Source: Paragordius varius (taxonomy: Eukaryota; Animalia; Nematomorpha). Taken from it: a stretch of DNA of 64,000 bases. This document shows, piece after piece, positions 1-11,765 of the stretch. The stretch lies in the NCBI GenBank assembly GCA_964247055.1, contig OZ176052.1, forward strand, positions 2,790,001 to 2,854,000, written 5' to 3'. Within the stretch, counting starts at the first letter, position 1. Every line of letters starts with the position of its first letter. A program made the translations under genes and the position numbers. A model generated the notes under the pieces. It saw nothing but the letters and a program-made list of their open reading frames with translations. It did no database searches and was not told the origin of the DNA.

Positions 1-920
1 TCACTAAAATATATTATAAACTACATATAAAAAGCAAAATAATATTTTTTAAAAAATTATATTTCAAGGTATGGGCTTTGAAATCAGAAATTTCTTCTCT
101 CTTCCAAAATGGGCTAGTATTCGTAAAATAAACGGAAAAATGCCGGAAGCCGCGATAAATACTTTTATATGCTCAATTTTGATAACAACTAAGATTTATA
201 AAGCTGGCTTTTTTTAAATTTAATTCAGCAAAATTTAAGCGCACTTCAACTCTTTTTTGGCATGATGGAAACGGTATAAAGATTTATAGAACACTTTTTG
301 TATATAATTAGTTTGATGCTGAACATTTCTTCACCTAAAAGTTAATATAAACGTTTGTTTTCTTTTTTTGTTTGGTGAATCGTTGTAACACAATTTATAT
401 TGAACTAAATTCAGAACGAACGAATATGATTCGAAATATCTAGGAAATGTGTTTTTATAGTATCTAAAGCATATCTATATATCGCTAGAAATAGTATAAG
501 AACGCTTCAACAAAATTTTGCTAAAATTTTTGGAGAAAATTATGCATTTTAAAAATACTTATAAATGATAACAAAATTTCGCATATATTTTAATTATTAT
601 CTCACAATATCCGGCATTTTTGCGTTTATTTTATAGGACTAGCTCCTTTTAGAAGAGCAAATTTGGGTTCGGAGTCCCCATCTAAATAAATTTTTTGGAA
701 ATATTGTTTTAATTTTTATATGTGGTTGGTTTATCACTAATTTAGTGATATTTTTGGCATGTAGGCTCTAGTCCAAAAAAATATTTAAAACGTTTGCAAA
801 TTTTGCCATTTTCTCATATGGAACTTACCACAAAAGTGTAAATAACTTTCTTAAGTCACTTGTAAAGGCCAAAACCAGAAGCACCATTCCTAATACATTT
901 CCTTATCAGAATATATATAT
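1..920. mobile_element. Foldback/long-TIR element copy 1 (left arm cut by window edge)
   Basis: Positions 1-160 are an imperfect inverted copy of ~595-750 (AAAATAAACGGAAAAATGCCGGA vs TCCGGCATTTTTGCGTTTATTTT). 780-915 (ACCACAAAAGTG, AAAACCAGAAGCACCATTCCTAATA) matches the arms of the foldback element at 30561-34762. Confidence 0.6.
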
Positions 921-1022
921 ATTTTATCAGGTTATTTTTTTATAGCACCCGATTTTAGATGTTGTGTTTGTGGAGAAAAATCTAAAGGCGCTTTAAGCAA
1001 TTTTATCATTTATCAGGTTTAA

Positions 1023-1534
1023 CACTTCATTATTTGGGGTACGTTTACCAAAGCCATATGTAATTTGAATATCTTAAAAAGTATTTAGCTGTTAAGCCGA
1101 ATTTAATATGCTTTAGTCTTTTTGGCATTATAGAAAATTTTTAAAAAAAATATAAATTGTAAAAAAAAATCCTCATCTTATTTTGTCGCCATTTTTTTCT
1201 ATTAATTTTTTTAAATCGACAAAAGGCAAATAAATGTATTTATGGTTAGAAAATGTGATATATTAAGCTTTTGGACTACATATTACCAGCAAAATCATGA
1301 TATATTAAGATTTGAATATTAGCTGCTCGTTTCAATCGTGTTTTCGAAATCTACCAATTTTAGACTCTAGAAGTGACCAAAATGTTAAAATATAAGCTTT
1401 TTTGTTAATTTGAGAACAATAATTGATAATAATATCAACAGAAATAAATTTGTAAACTAGTTTATTTACAAAATTAAACTCTGGGATAAACTACCCCAAA
1501 AGGTAAACTAGGACAAAAAAGTAAAAAAGAAGTG
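1023..1534 (+). mobile_element. piggyBac-like MITE, family B, complete copy
   Basis: TTAA|CACTT at 1019-1027 and AAGTG|TTAA at 1530-1538. Subterminal TTTGGGGTA and ACTACCCCAAAA motifs; no ORF. Confidence 0.75.
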
Positions 1535-1801
1535 TTAACACTTTAAAAAATAAAATTTGGTTTTTAGAAATTAAACTAAAGCAAAATAATAATCTTTTTT
1601 TATATATAATATGAAATCAAATATTTGGACAGTGGATTATAGTGAAATATAAGACAAGAATACATAATTCTGAGATTGGAAGTGACATAAATTATATGAA
1701 TAACCGTTTTAGGATAATTAAAATATGCAATATGAATGGTGGTTTCTTTTAAGATTGTTAATTTACTTCATAATGATTTATATTTGTATATTATTAATAA
1801 A

Positions 1802-2316
1802 TTTTCATGACCTTTGGGGTTTTATACCCCAAGTTCATTCAAAAATATCCTTGGACAAAATTAAAAATATAATTTTTAGCTATTTAGGCGCCTGATACAA
1901 AACATATTTTTTAAAAATATTGTAAAAAAATCCTTATTCCAAACTTTTTCGCCGCCATATTTTTTATTTATTTTAATTGTACACGGAAATAACTGTATTT
2001 TATGGTGTTGAAAATATAAATAATTAATTATGAAAAGCTTTCAAATTAAAATTGATTAACAAATTTTTGATATTTATTGATTTTATTATCAGCTATTTGT
2101 TTCATTCCTAATTAGTAGTTTTCTGATTTTGCGACTCTAGAAGCTAAACTGTAAAAATCTAAGTTTTTTTATCTAATATAGGTAAGGAGGGTTTGACAAC
2201 CAAATTTTAACCAAACCAACTTTAAAAACAGTAGAGTGTTTACTATTTTAAGCTCTGGGGTCGAAAACGACCGCAAAATGGCATCGCGCACAAAAAAATA
2301 AAGATGTAATGAAGTT
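1802..2316 (+). mobile_element. Diverged family-B-related piggyBac-like MITE
   Basis: TTTGGGGTTTTATACCCCAAG near the left end and CTCTGGGGTCGAAAACGACC...GAAGT at the right. Interior is colinear with 1023-1534 (CGCC(G)CCAT, TTTATGG, GACTCTAGAAG). Confidence 0.5.
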
Positions 2317-2322
2317 TTATAA

Positions 2323-2761
2323 CTCTTCATCGTTTCACTTTTTTTGTCCTAGTTTACATATTGGGTAGTTTAAAATCTTAGAGCTCATTTATAATTAAAC
2401 TACAGTTTTTTAAGTTATTTTGGATAAAGTTATAAAACATTGTTCTCATGTATTAAACAAAAAAGCTTTTTTTACAATTTTGTGACTTCTAAAATTGGGA
2501 CACTTCCAGAAGATCGCAACTAACAGCTGATATTAAAATTGATATCAAGTTTTCTGGTAAAATGTAACATGAAAGCGTTTAAAAGTTAATTATTTACATT
2601 TTCTAACCATAATTTATACATCCTGCAAAAAATATAAAAAAAGGCGGTAGGTTTGAGGTGAAGATTATTTTATTTTTTTTATTTTAAAAAAAAATTGTAT
2701 AATGCGACTAAAAGGCTAAAGAAAGCATCAAAGATATTTGGAATCGCTATAATAATGAACT
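2323..2761 (-). mobile_element. Family B MITE, reverse copy, tail-to-tail with the previous one
   Basis: TTTTTTGTCCTAGTTTAC..GGGTAGTTTA is the reverse complement of 1490-1525. ACAGCTGATATTAAAAT and CATTTTCTAACCATAA match the interior of 1023-1534. Confidence 0.6.
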
Positions 2762-3361
2762 TGTAAATATTATGAAATGTAAATTTGTATATTTTCTCTT
2801 TATGAACCGGCGCCACTATTTTTGTCCACATTTATTTGATATATGCAACTAAACATGAATCTCATTATATACTCTTTAAGCCAATTAAATATCCTAAATG
2901 TCCAATAATAAATTTCGAAATAGTAAATAAATAAACACGTAAATATTATCGTTTTTTTCATTAACGATCCATTTATTTTAAAAAACGTCCCTTTTAAAAA
3001 ATTTTGTTTTTTTAGTTTCTTTGGCTGAATTTAAGTTGTTCCTTTATTGATCATAGCAGCTATAAAAATTGAAGTGCCAAATAAAATATTTCTCTTGTTC
3101 TAAGGATCATATAATATTGACAAATATTGCTTGTTTGACACATATGCAAATATTCATAACCTAAATAAATACATTATGGAATTAATTAGGACTATTAAAA
3201 ATACTTTCTGGGCCGCGGTTTAAGCACCACTGACATGGAGGAATAATTAGTACAGAAAATACAGAACGGTTAAATTAGCAATTTTTTATTTTACCTCATG
3301 CACACATTAATGCTTTCTTTTAGATTTAGTGTAAACAAGTTAATTTTTATAAATTCTTTAA

Positions 3362-4467
3362 CACTTCTATTCAAATTGGGGTATCTCGATATCCCAGACT
3401 ATATTTAACTTTATATTTTTAAAAAAACTACTGAAAGAAACGGTCTCAATTTAAATTTAGGCTTTTATCCTATTAAAAATTATATAAATAAGGCGAAATA
3501 TCTGAATATAAATTAATTTTAAAAAAGTTCCATATCAAACTACTTGGACGCCATTTATATTTTGCATTTTTGCAAGATATCGTGTTTATTTAGCCAAAAT
3601 TAATTCACATCTAACATTTATAGTAAGAGAAAAAGTCGTTTATTTTCTATTTTGAATTTGGCTAATGCACACATGTCATGTTGACCAAATTTTTACCTTT
3701 GGGATTTACCTTAACACTTGGATACAACACATTCGTTTCAGTCCATCGGTTCAAATTGGGGTAGTTGGATACCCCATGACTTGTGTAAAATTTAATACTC
3801 CAAAAAATATGTAAGGAATTGAAACCATGGCAATGTTTGCACTTCTATAACATTATTGAACCGAAATATAGAGAATAATTTTATTAAAAAATACTTGATA
3901 TTTCTTATTTTAAGTTTAAAGACAAATGTAAAAATTTTGTCAAACTGACATGTGCGCATTAGCTAAATATAAAATATAATACAAAATAAACCATTTTTTC
4001 TGTTTCTATCAATGATGTGATTTAAATGAATAATTAGCTTTAATTTCAGCTTTAAAATTAAATAAACACGATATTTTGCAAAAATGTTGTAAAATTAAAA
4101 TGGCGCCAATTAATTTGATATGGAACTTTTTTTCAAAACTAAATTTTATTGAGATATTTCGGCTTATTTATATAATTTTAATGAGGTTAGAAGCAAAATG
4201 GGACTGTTTTCAGTAGTTTTTTAAAAATATCAAATTGAATATTGCCTCGGCATACCCCAATTGGAATCAAAGTATTAAAATAAGTATAATATCAAGAATT
4301 TTTAAATGCATTTATTTTATCGGTTTATTAATGTTATATAAGTGCAAACTTTTGTTATGATTTCAGTTCGTTCCATATTTTTAAAGTTTTTAATTTCAAA
4401 CAGGCCTGGGGTATTTAATAACTCCAGTTTGAATTAAAGGATTGAAATGAATGTGTTGTATTCGAGT
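3362..4467 (+). mobile_element. piggyBac-like MITE family A, outer copy (interrupted at an internal TTAA by another family A copy)
   Basis: TTAA|CACTTCTATTCAAATTGGGGTATC at 3358. Colinear with 6635-7205 over 3362-3714 and 4279-4467; right terminus degenerate. Confidence 0.8.
3715..4274 (-). mobile_element. piggyBac-like MITE family A, inner inverted copy
   Basis: TTAA at 3711-3714 and 4275-4278. Starts CACTTGGATACAACACATTC, the reverse complement of the family right end. The host sequence resumes in register after 4278. Confidence 0.85.
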
Positions 4468-4576
4468 AAGCCCTGATATCAGATATCTTGCCTGAATCAA
4501 ACAGCTGATATTAAAATCTATGAATATTAAAAAATCTGGTAAAAAAGCTTTTCCCAATTAATTATTTATTTTTAAC

Positions 4577-7526
4577 CATATATATATTTATAAAAATGGA
4601 AAATGCTGGCTTTGTGATCTGTTTCCGGAAAACCGGTAGACCATTCATATCCAAATGTCGAAAAAATATAATCATTAATGAATGCCCCGACAATGGCTTC
4701 GCTATTTTTTTGAATTAAACGCCCATTTCAGGCCCACCCCGTGTAAAAAACGGGTTTTTTTTGAAAACACAAGTCCACAAAACTGTGTCTTTGAGACAAT
4801 TATCCGGAAAATGTGTTGGACTATTAGATTTCAAATATGATTTTTGTTTACATATTTTCGATTGCGCCGAACATAGTCAGCTCGCTTTTTTAATTTAAGC
4901 CCTCTTTTTACCCGCTCCCCCCGTAAAATGCCATTTTTTTCAAACAAACAAAGTCCACAAAAATAATTTTTTGAATTTCTTTTTCGTCCAGGGTATGAAA
5001 CCCTAAAAATTCAATGAATATTCCAGGTATTCCCTGTTAAAAGGCAAACATTTTGGTCGTGCATTTTTATATTGACTGCTTAGTAAGGAGATACCGCTAA
5101 AAACTGCCCGTCATATCGAAATAGCGCGCCTTTGGGGCTAATTTCAGAAAACCTCTCAGGCCATATGAGTTCAATAGCTGCTTAAAATATTACCCGTAAC
5201 AAGGCAAAAATTTAGGTTACGCGGTTTAAAATTAGCCGTTAATTAGCCCTTCAAGCCCTAAAAAAATGCGCCACCATAGAATGGTTACTTAGTTTAGCCG
5301 CAATTTTTCCAAAAACTAATGAGAGCATATGAAATTAATCATGATTCCTGGTGTTCTCCGTAAAAAAGCAAAATTTTAATCAAGCGCTTTTTTGTATCGC
5401 CCTCTGGGTAGGCAGCTGCCAGCCTAAACCTGCTGCACCTTATCAAAATTGGGTTGTTTAGGAGTTAATTGTCAGAAAATTTATGAGGCCACATAAGTTT
5501 AATAAGGGTCTGAAATATCGTAAAAAGATAAAAATTTAAGTCGAGCGGTTTTTTTAAATTAGCCGTTAATTAGGCCCTTTATGCCCTATAAAATGCGCTC
5601 TCATTGAACTATTATTTAGTTATGAAGCCATTCTTCCAAAAACTATTAAGAACATATGTAATGAATGATAATTCCAGGTATTTCCTTGTAAAGGCAAAAT
5701 TTTTTATCGAGCGACTTTTTTATATTGGTCTCTGGGTAGGGAGCTACCCGCCTACAACTGCGCCACCATATTGATACAGCGTGACTTAAAGGCAAATTTT
5801 AGAAAACTTATCAGGCCAAATGAGTTTAATAAGGGCTTTAAATATGACCCGTAAAATGGCAAAAATTTAAGTAGAGTGGTTTTATTAAATTCCCCCTAAA
5901 TTAGGCTCATGCCCTGAAAATGCGCCACCATAGAATGACTTATTGGCAATTTTTCGAAAATCCCACGAAAGCATAATAAATCAATCATGATTCCAGGTAT
6001 TACCCGAATTAAGGCAAATATTTTAATCGAGCTTATTTTCGTTTCGCCCCTGGTTAAGGGGCTACCCGCGTAAAACTGCGTCACCATATCGATACAGTAT
6101 GCCTTTGGAGCCAAATTTCAGAAAACCTATGAGACTAATAGGAACATATGGAATCCATGATAATTCCTTTTGCCCAACGCTTTTTTCTTACCTTCCCCTG
6201 GGTAAGGAGCTACCCGCCAAAAACTGTGCCACTATATAGAGATGGCGCCGTTTTGGAGCTAATTTTCAGAAAAGTTATAAAGCTATATGAGCTCATTAAA
6301 AGCTTGAAATATTACCCGTAACTAGGGAAAAAAGGTGAGGCGTTTTTTTATTAGCTGTTAATTTAAGGCCTATATGCCCTAAAAATACGCCATATAACAA
6401 TTATTCAGTGTTGAAGTATTTTTCTAATAACGCATGAGACGATGGTATCAAAGATGATTCCAAATATTTGCCCTATAAAGTCAAAGAATTTAACTTAGCG
6501 CTTTTTCCATATAGGTCTATGGGTAGGGGTCTCCCGGTTTAAAACTGACACGCCATACAAAAATGGCGTGGTTTGATACGAGTTCAGATAAACACATTTC
6601 TGGGGAATTATTATAATATCATTCTTTCCTTTAACACTTCAATTCAAATTGGGGTATCTAAATACCCCAGACTAAATTTAAATTAGGATTTTTAAAAGGA
6701 GACGGTCCCAATTAAAATTTATGCTTCTATCCTAATAAATATTATATAAATATGCCAAAATATCTAAATGAAATTTTGTTTTGAAAAAAAAAGTTCCATG
6801 TCAAACTACTTCGACGCCATTTTTATTATAAAATTTTTTTGCAAAATACCGTCTTCATTTAATTTTAAGGATAAAATTAAAGATAATATCTTATTTAAAT
6901 TACATATAATATTGATAGAAATAGAAAAAGCCGTTAATTTTGTATTATTTTTCAATTTTACCATTGCACACATGTCACGCTGACTAAAATTTTACCTTTC
7001 GGTTTTAGCTTAAAATATCTAATATAAAGTATTTTTGAATAAAGTTTTTTATATATTTCGGTTTATTAATGTTATATAAGTGCAAAATTTTGCCATGGTT
7101 TCGATTCCTTCCATATTTTTAAAGAATTTTATTTTAATCAGGCCTGGAATATTTGTCTGCCCAATTTGAATCGAAGGACTAAAATGAATGTGTTGTATCC
7201 AAGTGTTAAAAAGGGTCCACAAATGATTTACTTTCATATCCCATGATCCCATTCAAAATAAAACTTTTAACCATAATTTGGTAAAACTAAAATCTTAAAA
7301 ATCCAATGATAGTTGAATATTAACTTTAATAAACAGTTTAAATAGGTCGATTTCAAGTAAACAATATAAGCCTCTGCAAAATCCCGTAAAGGAATAATTT
7401 AAGCCATTCCTTTTATTAAATATGTTTTTTATTATTTTTTTATCTTTATGACCTCTATTTATTGCAAATTATTAAGAATAATTATCGGTAAGACTACGTC
7501 ACAGCGAAGCTGACAGGGCCAGCTAG
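4577..7526 (+). mobile_element. Non-autonomous Helitron copy 1 with internal ~163-bp tandem array
   Basis: 5' ATATTTATAAAAATGGAAAATGCTGGCTTTGTGAT is shared with 62923 and 32390(-); the terminal TC is eroded here. 3' hairpin GTCACAGCGAAGCTGAC (7498-7514), then CTAG (7523-7526) followed by T. No TSD, no RepHel ORF. Confidence 0.85.
6635..7205 (+). mobile_element. piggyBac-like MITE family A, intact copy nested in the Helitron
   Basis: TTAA|CACTTCAATTCAAATTGGGGTATCTAAATACCCCAG ... CCAATTTGAATCGAAGGACTAAAATGAATGTGTTGTATCCAAGTG|TTAA. Highly similar to 55672-56233. Confidence 0.9.
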
Positions 7527-8214
7527 TATACATATATTTGTCTGTTGTATTAGCGATTTAAAACGTCCATAAAAAAACATTGCAGTGAAAAAGGTTGAGA
7601 TGACATTTTTTTGAAAATTGTATCAAGTGCCTAAAAGGAAGAAAGTATACTTCTATATATGGCTAACTATAAACACTTTTAGAATATTAAAATTGACTCT
7701 GGGCTATAAATCTCCAAAATGTCATAAAGTGTTTAATCACCTATCTGAAATATTTGGTTATTCAAAAATATAAGAATAGATCCTAATATTTAAACGATCT
7801 GTTAGGTTTAAAAGCACTGTCCTAAAAAACCTTTATATTGCTCTTTATAATGGTGAAGCTTTCTTCTTAAAAATGTTTAAGTATAATAATTTGGAATTTA
7901 TTTCTAAATGCATTCGCTTGAAATTAATATAATTTATACACATACATTTATGTAAGTGAATCATGACATGATTATTTGCGTATGCCATTAATCAATTTTA
8001 TAAATGAGTTTCTAAACTAAGTTAGGGCTCTATGGCCAAATGTAAATCCACCGGAAAAGGAGTAAAGCCGCAAAAGACAAAATCTAAGCCAACATTCCAC
8101 ATGCGGATAGTATTAGAGCTAAACCCATACCACATAATAACACATGTTACAAGGTTCTTAATATTGCATTTTTAAATAATCGAATCGAGACAAACAAATG
8201 TAGCTGACTTTATA

Positions 8215-11200
8215 TTAATCATCAAGTTCTATGTAAGGAAAAATCACAAGCTTATTTTCACCATCCTTTGAGAAGGTAGTATCATATTGGATTTGAGACA
8301 TTGTTGAAAAGGCTTCTGTGGTTGACAACATATCAGTTTCGTCACTTGTTGTAGGTAAGTCTTGCGGTTCAAGTTTAGACTGATTAAGTAAAACATCACA
8401 TGCAAATAAATTATCAATGTCCAAATCAGTAGTATCGCTATTACATGGCTTTATATGATTTGAATTGTGGGAAGGTAAAGTTAGTTCGTCTTTGTTTTCA
8501 AAAACTAGTGAATTACTAGTAAAAAGTTGATCAAACGCATCAAGAAAAGTTTGATCAAAATCAGTCTGAGATGCATCTTTATGTTGTTTAGTTTTATTTG
8601 CTGAAAGTGGTGATGCAGGTTTTCCAACATCAGGGGTAGTAGGCTCATTCTTTAATGTCGTAACTTCGGACAAAGATGGAGGATTGACTTGATCCACAGG
8701 AGCTGTTTGAATAGAACAGCCCAGTAAAACTGTTCGACTTGAAACATTGTTGGGATCATCGTGCATAACAAACGATGAAATCTCGATTGCACCTATTTGG
8801 GCGATTTGGAAATCATTGTCGTTTTTGCTATTGCTATTAATTATATTGCCTTCATCTTTGGTGGATTCTAGGTGGCTACCAGATAATGTATGAAGAGGAT
8901 TTGGTTCATAACGTAGCGGAGGTGAAGCCAATTTTTTGTTAGTGTTTGCACCACGTTTACGTTTTGTGGGTGGAGGCACAGCTGAATTGATTACATTATT
9001 TTGCTGATGAATAGCAGATGAAACATGATTCAAACGAGGTTGGGAACTGGTAGAAGTAGTAGTAGTAACTTGTTGAAGCGTAGTAGTAGTAGTATCATTG
9101 GGTTGACTTTGAGTCGATGATAATGATAATTTATCATCGAGTTTTTCGCTTTTCTGACGTTTTCGTTTTCTGTGATCAGCTGTGTTTGTAAGCGCGGCGG
9201 CTGTATTTGTTTTAGTAGTGGACACATGATTATGGTGGGATTGAGCAATGGATGATAAATGGTTCTAACCAAGGAGATAAAAATGACATATGGTTTAACC
9301 GTAGTATATATTTATGTGTAATAAAAAATGAGACAAGGTTAATAATAATTTATTAAAGAAAAAGCAACTTTTAATTAGGGTGCGTTTTTGACCGTTCAAA
9401 AAATAATAACTGATAGACTGATTATAAATTATTATACACAATGCAAAAGTTTACTAATATTTATTGCGTGAAAACATGTGGATAATTTATATAGAATATT
9501 TTTTAAGCGGTCACATATACAGACATGCATATTTTGTATTCTTGAAATCCAGCCTTAAACAGGGATTATGTGTTATTTAAAAAAATATTCAAAAAATTTA
9601 ACTGATTCTTGAATAAATGTGAAAAACTCCGAAAGATTAGAAATTTCGAGATTTGATAAGTAATTAATGGTATATTTTTAATTTAGAATAAAATATGTTT
9701 GAGAAAAAATTTGAATTGGCCAAGAGCGGGGTGTTTAAGGTGACCGACCGCGGTAACTCTAAAAGTGACCACCTAAAAATTTCATTAAATGATAATTGGC
9801 TAAAAGGTGTATATTACAATTATTTTTTTAGTTATTATATGTTGTTTTAAAACTTAAATGAAACATTTCCATGGAATATAGTATATAAACTTTGAGCAAA
9901 GCCTTTAAAAAAACAGAAGCAGATTTTTTAAAACTATTTTTTTAGAATGAAACAGAGAAAAGAAATATAAGCTTTAAAATAAATGGGAAGCTGATATATG
10001 AGACATGCCTTTGTCTAAAATGCAACAATACTGTTTTTCTGAATCCAAAGTCAAATATTGAAAGACATTTTTAAGAGTCTTTATCAAAAATATGCCAAAA
10101 CCTAATCATCAAAAAAAGAGCGCAAGATTAAAGTAAAGGAACATTTAACCGCCCTACATTATTGCACATTTAAGGACTATAAAAATGTCACGATTGCTTC
10201 ATTTAAGGTAGCTAACATCTTATCCGGAACAATATATCATTTCAAGATGGATAAATTGTGGAAAGAAGCTTGCATTAAAGCTTGCATAAAATTGAGAACA
10301 AAAATTATATTATAACAACTATTAATTATCCAGATACGTAACGTAATTTCTATATTAAGAATTCAATAATAAATATTTTGAGGTGCTTTATGTTAGTTAA
10401 AAAATTAAGGGTAGATAGTAACCGGTCGTCTTTTGATTAATATTTCAATAAAATCTTAAATTATAAAATTGTGTGGACGAGTCACTATAATATGTGAAGC
10501 AAGTATGAGTTTGATAGCTAATATTTTTAGAGGACCGCGATATTTTCATTTCATAAATAACTATCGACAAAAAAAGCATATATACCCCTGGACCAAAAGG
10601 TAAAGTTTTTCATTTGTATTTTCAAAAGAATTTAAAAACCGCGGTCTAAATTACCTTACAAACACCTTTAAAAGTTAAGCTTTAAGAGTTTTTATACAAT
10701 GAAACTTCAAAATGCCTACAATTAGATTTTTATATTTTAAAAGCTACATATAGTTTAATAATGGATGTTAAATCACAATAAAGTGCAATGATTGGGGCTG
10801 CAGTTTAAAAAGACAAGCCAATGCTTATAATTAAATTTTTCTTTCATGACCTGGCATATCTCTTATAAAAAATCAAGCTAATGCTATAAAAAGTTTTCAT
10901 TATAACTTATCAAACATAATAGCGGTTTAATAAACTTTTAGTTATAAAATGTAAATCATTTTAGACAAATTCTAACCAGACACCTAACCTATTCTTGAAA
11001 ATTAACAACCATACTTTAATAGAAACTGGATCAGATAAGAGATCCAGTGGGAGATCCTCAAAAGCTTTTGATTTGGATTTTATATCTGCAATAAGTTCTG
11101 CAGTCGTTTTAATTTTTCTTTTTGGCACCAGAGAAGTATTAGTCATATGTGTAGTGATATTATTTTGAGCAATTTGATAGGATGTGGTTGGTACCGAAGA

Positions 11201-11765
11201 TTTTATTGACGATTCAATTTTTTGTTTAGATATTTTAAGGAGTATTTTTGGTTTATCATTTGGTTCACCAATGTGATTGATACTTTTATTAGTTGACAAA
11301 GAATCATTTAAACTTTTATGTATCACTTGGCCATTTTTATGATGTGAATCGACCCCATTTATTCGAATTGGTCCTCCATCATTCGATATGGTATGTGAAT
11401 CATTGGGAGAAACAGTGGTTTTTAAATGATCGTCACGCCATTTTTTGACTAGATTCTTTGCACGCTTAGCAATATCGGAGTATCTAATACCATTATGAGA
11501 TCCGTCTAAGCTAGCTAACTTTTTTCTTATGTCATTTATGTATTTACCCAATCTCGTTTGCTAAAACATTAAAGGGGAACAAAACCTCTAAATCCTCTCT
11601 TGATAAATTTATCCGTTCTAACGTTAATATTGAATCATGTATGGCGCTTACATCAATAACCTAAATATATAAATAGTTAACATGATATACATTATTTTGT
11701 TCATCAAAAGCCTTTAATAAATTGTTTCTTATGGATAAAGGAGTTGGTTGAGGAGCACAACTCAT
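8215..11765 (-). CDS. MED26: Mediator subunit 26; exons 11765-11691, 11660-11586, 11560-11015, 9264-8215; 581 aa
   Basis: Spliced N-terminus MSCAPQPTPLSIRNNLLKAFDEQNN|VIDVSAIHDSILTLERINLSREDLE|QTRLGKYINDIRKK...DIAKRAKNLVKKW is the MED26 TFIIS-N domain. Middle motif KIKTTAELIA; C-terminus DGENKLVIFPYIELD resembles the MED26 end motif. All three introns are GT-AG, phase 0. Confidence 0.92.
9726..10590 (+). mobile_element. Internally deleted hAT (Buster/Charlie-type) transposon in MED26 intron 3
   Basis: Ends GCGGGGTGT / ATACCCCTG with a decayed 8-bp TSD (GGCCAAGA 9718-9725, GACCAAAA 10591-10598). Transposase remnants CLCLKCNNTVFLNPKSNIERHF* (from 10006) and NVTIASFKVANIL...KEACIKA. Confidence 0.75.

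Larger units (their letters stand above)
4480..7731 (-). mobile_element. Family B MITE split by the Helitron (pieces ~4480-4576 and 7527-7731)
   Basis: ACAGCTGATATTAAAATC...TTTTAACCATA precedes the Helitron. TACATATATTTG..GCGATTTAAAA..GATGACATTTTTTT..CTCTGGG..AAGTG|TTTA follows it. The joined sequence is colinear with 2323-2761. Confidence 0.6.

Noticed and set aside
5896-6114. 72-aa ORF with a homologue at 31522-31722, plus ORFs 31316-31531 and 31479-31715
   Set aside because: All lie within the Helitron internal tandem repeat. The similarity reflects DNA repeat homology, frames are not conserved between monomers, and no Rep/helicase motifs are present.
10961-11014. ORF-track C-terminal tails such as [27 protein letters not shown] (26228-26288) and VKNFVCF (59253-59276)
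   Set aside because: Read-through into introns past clear GT donors that have phase-matched downstream exons.
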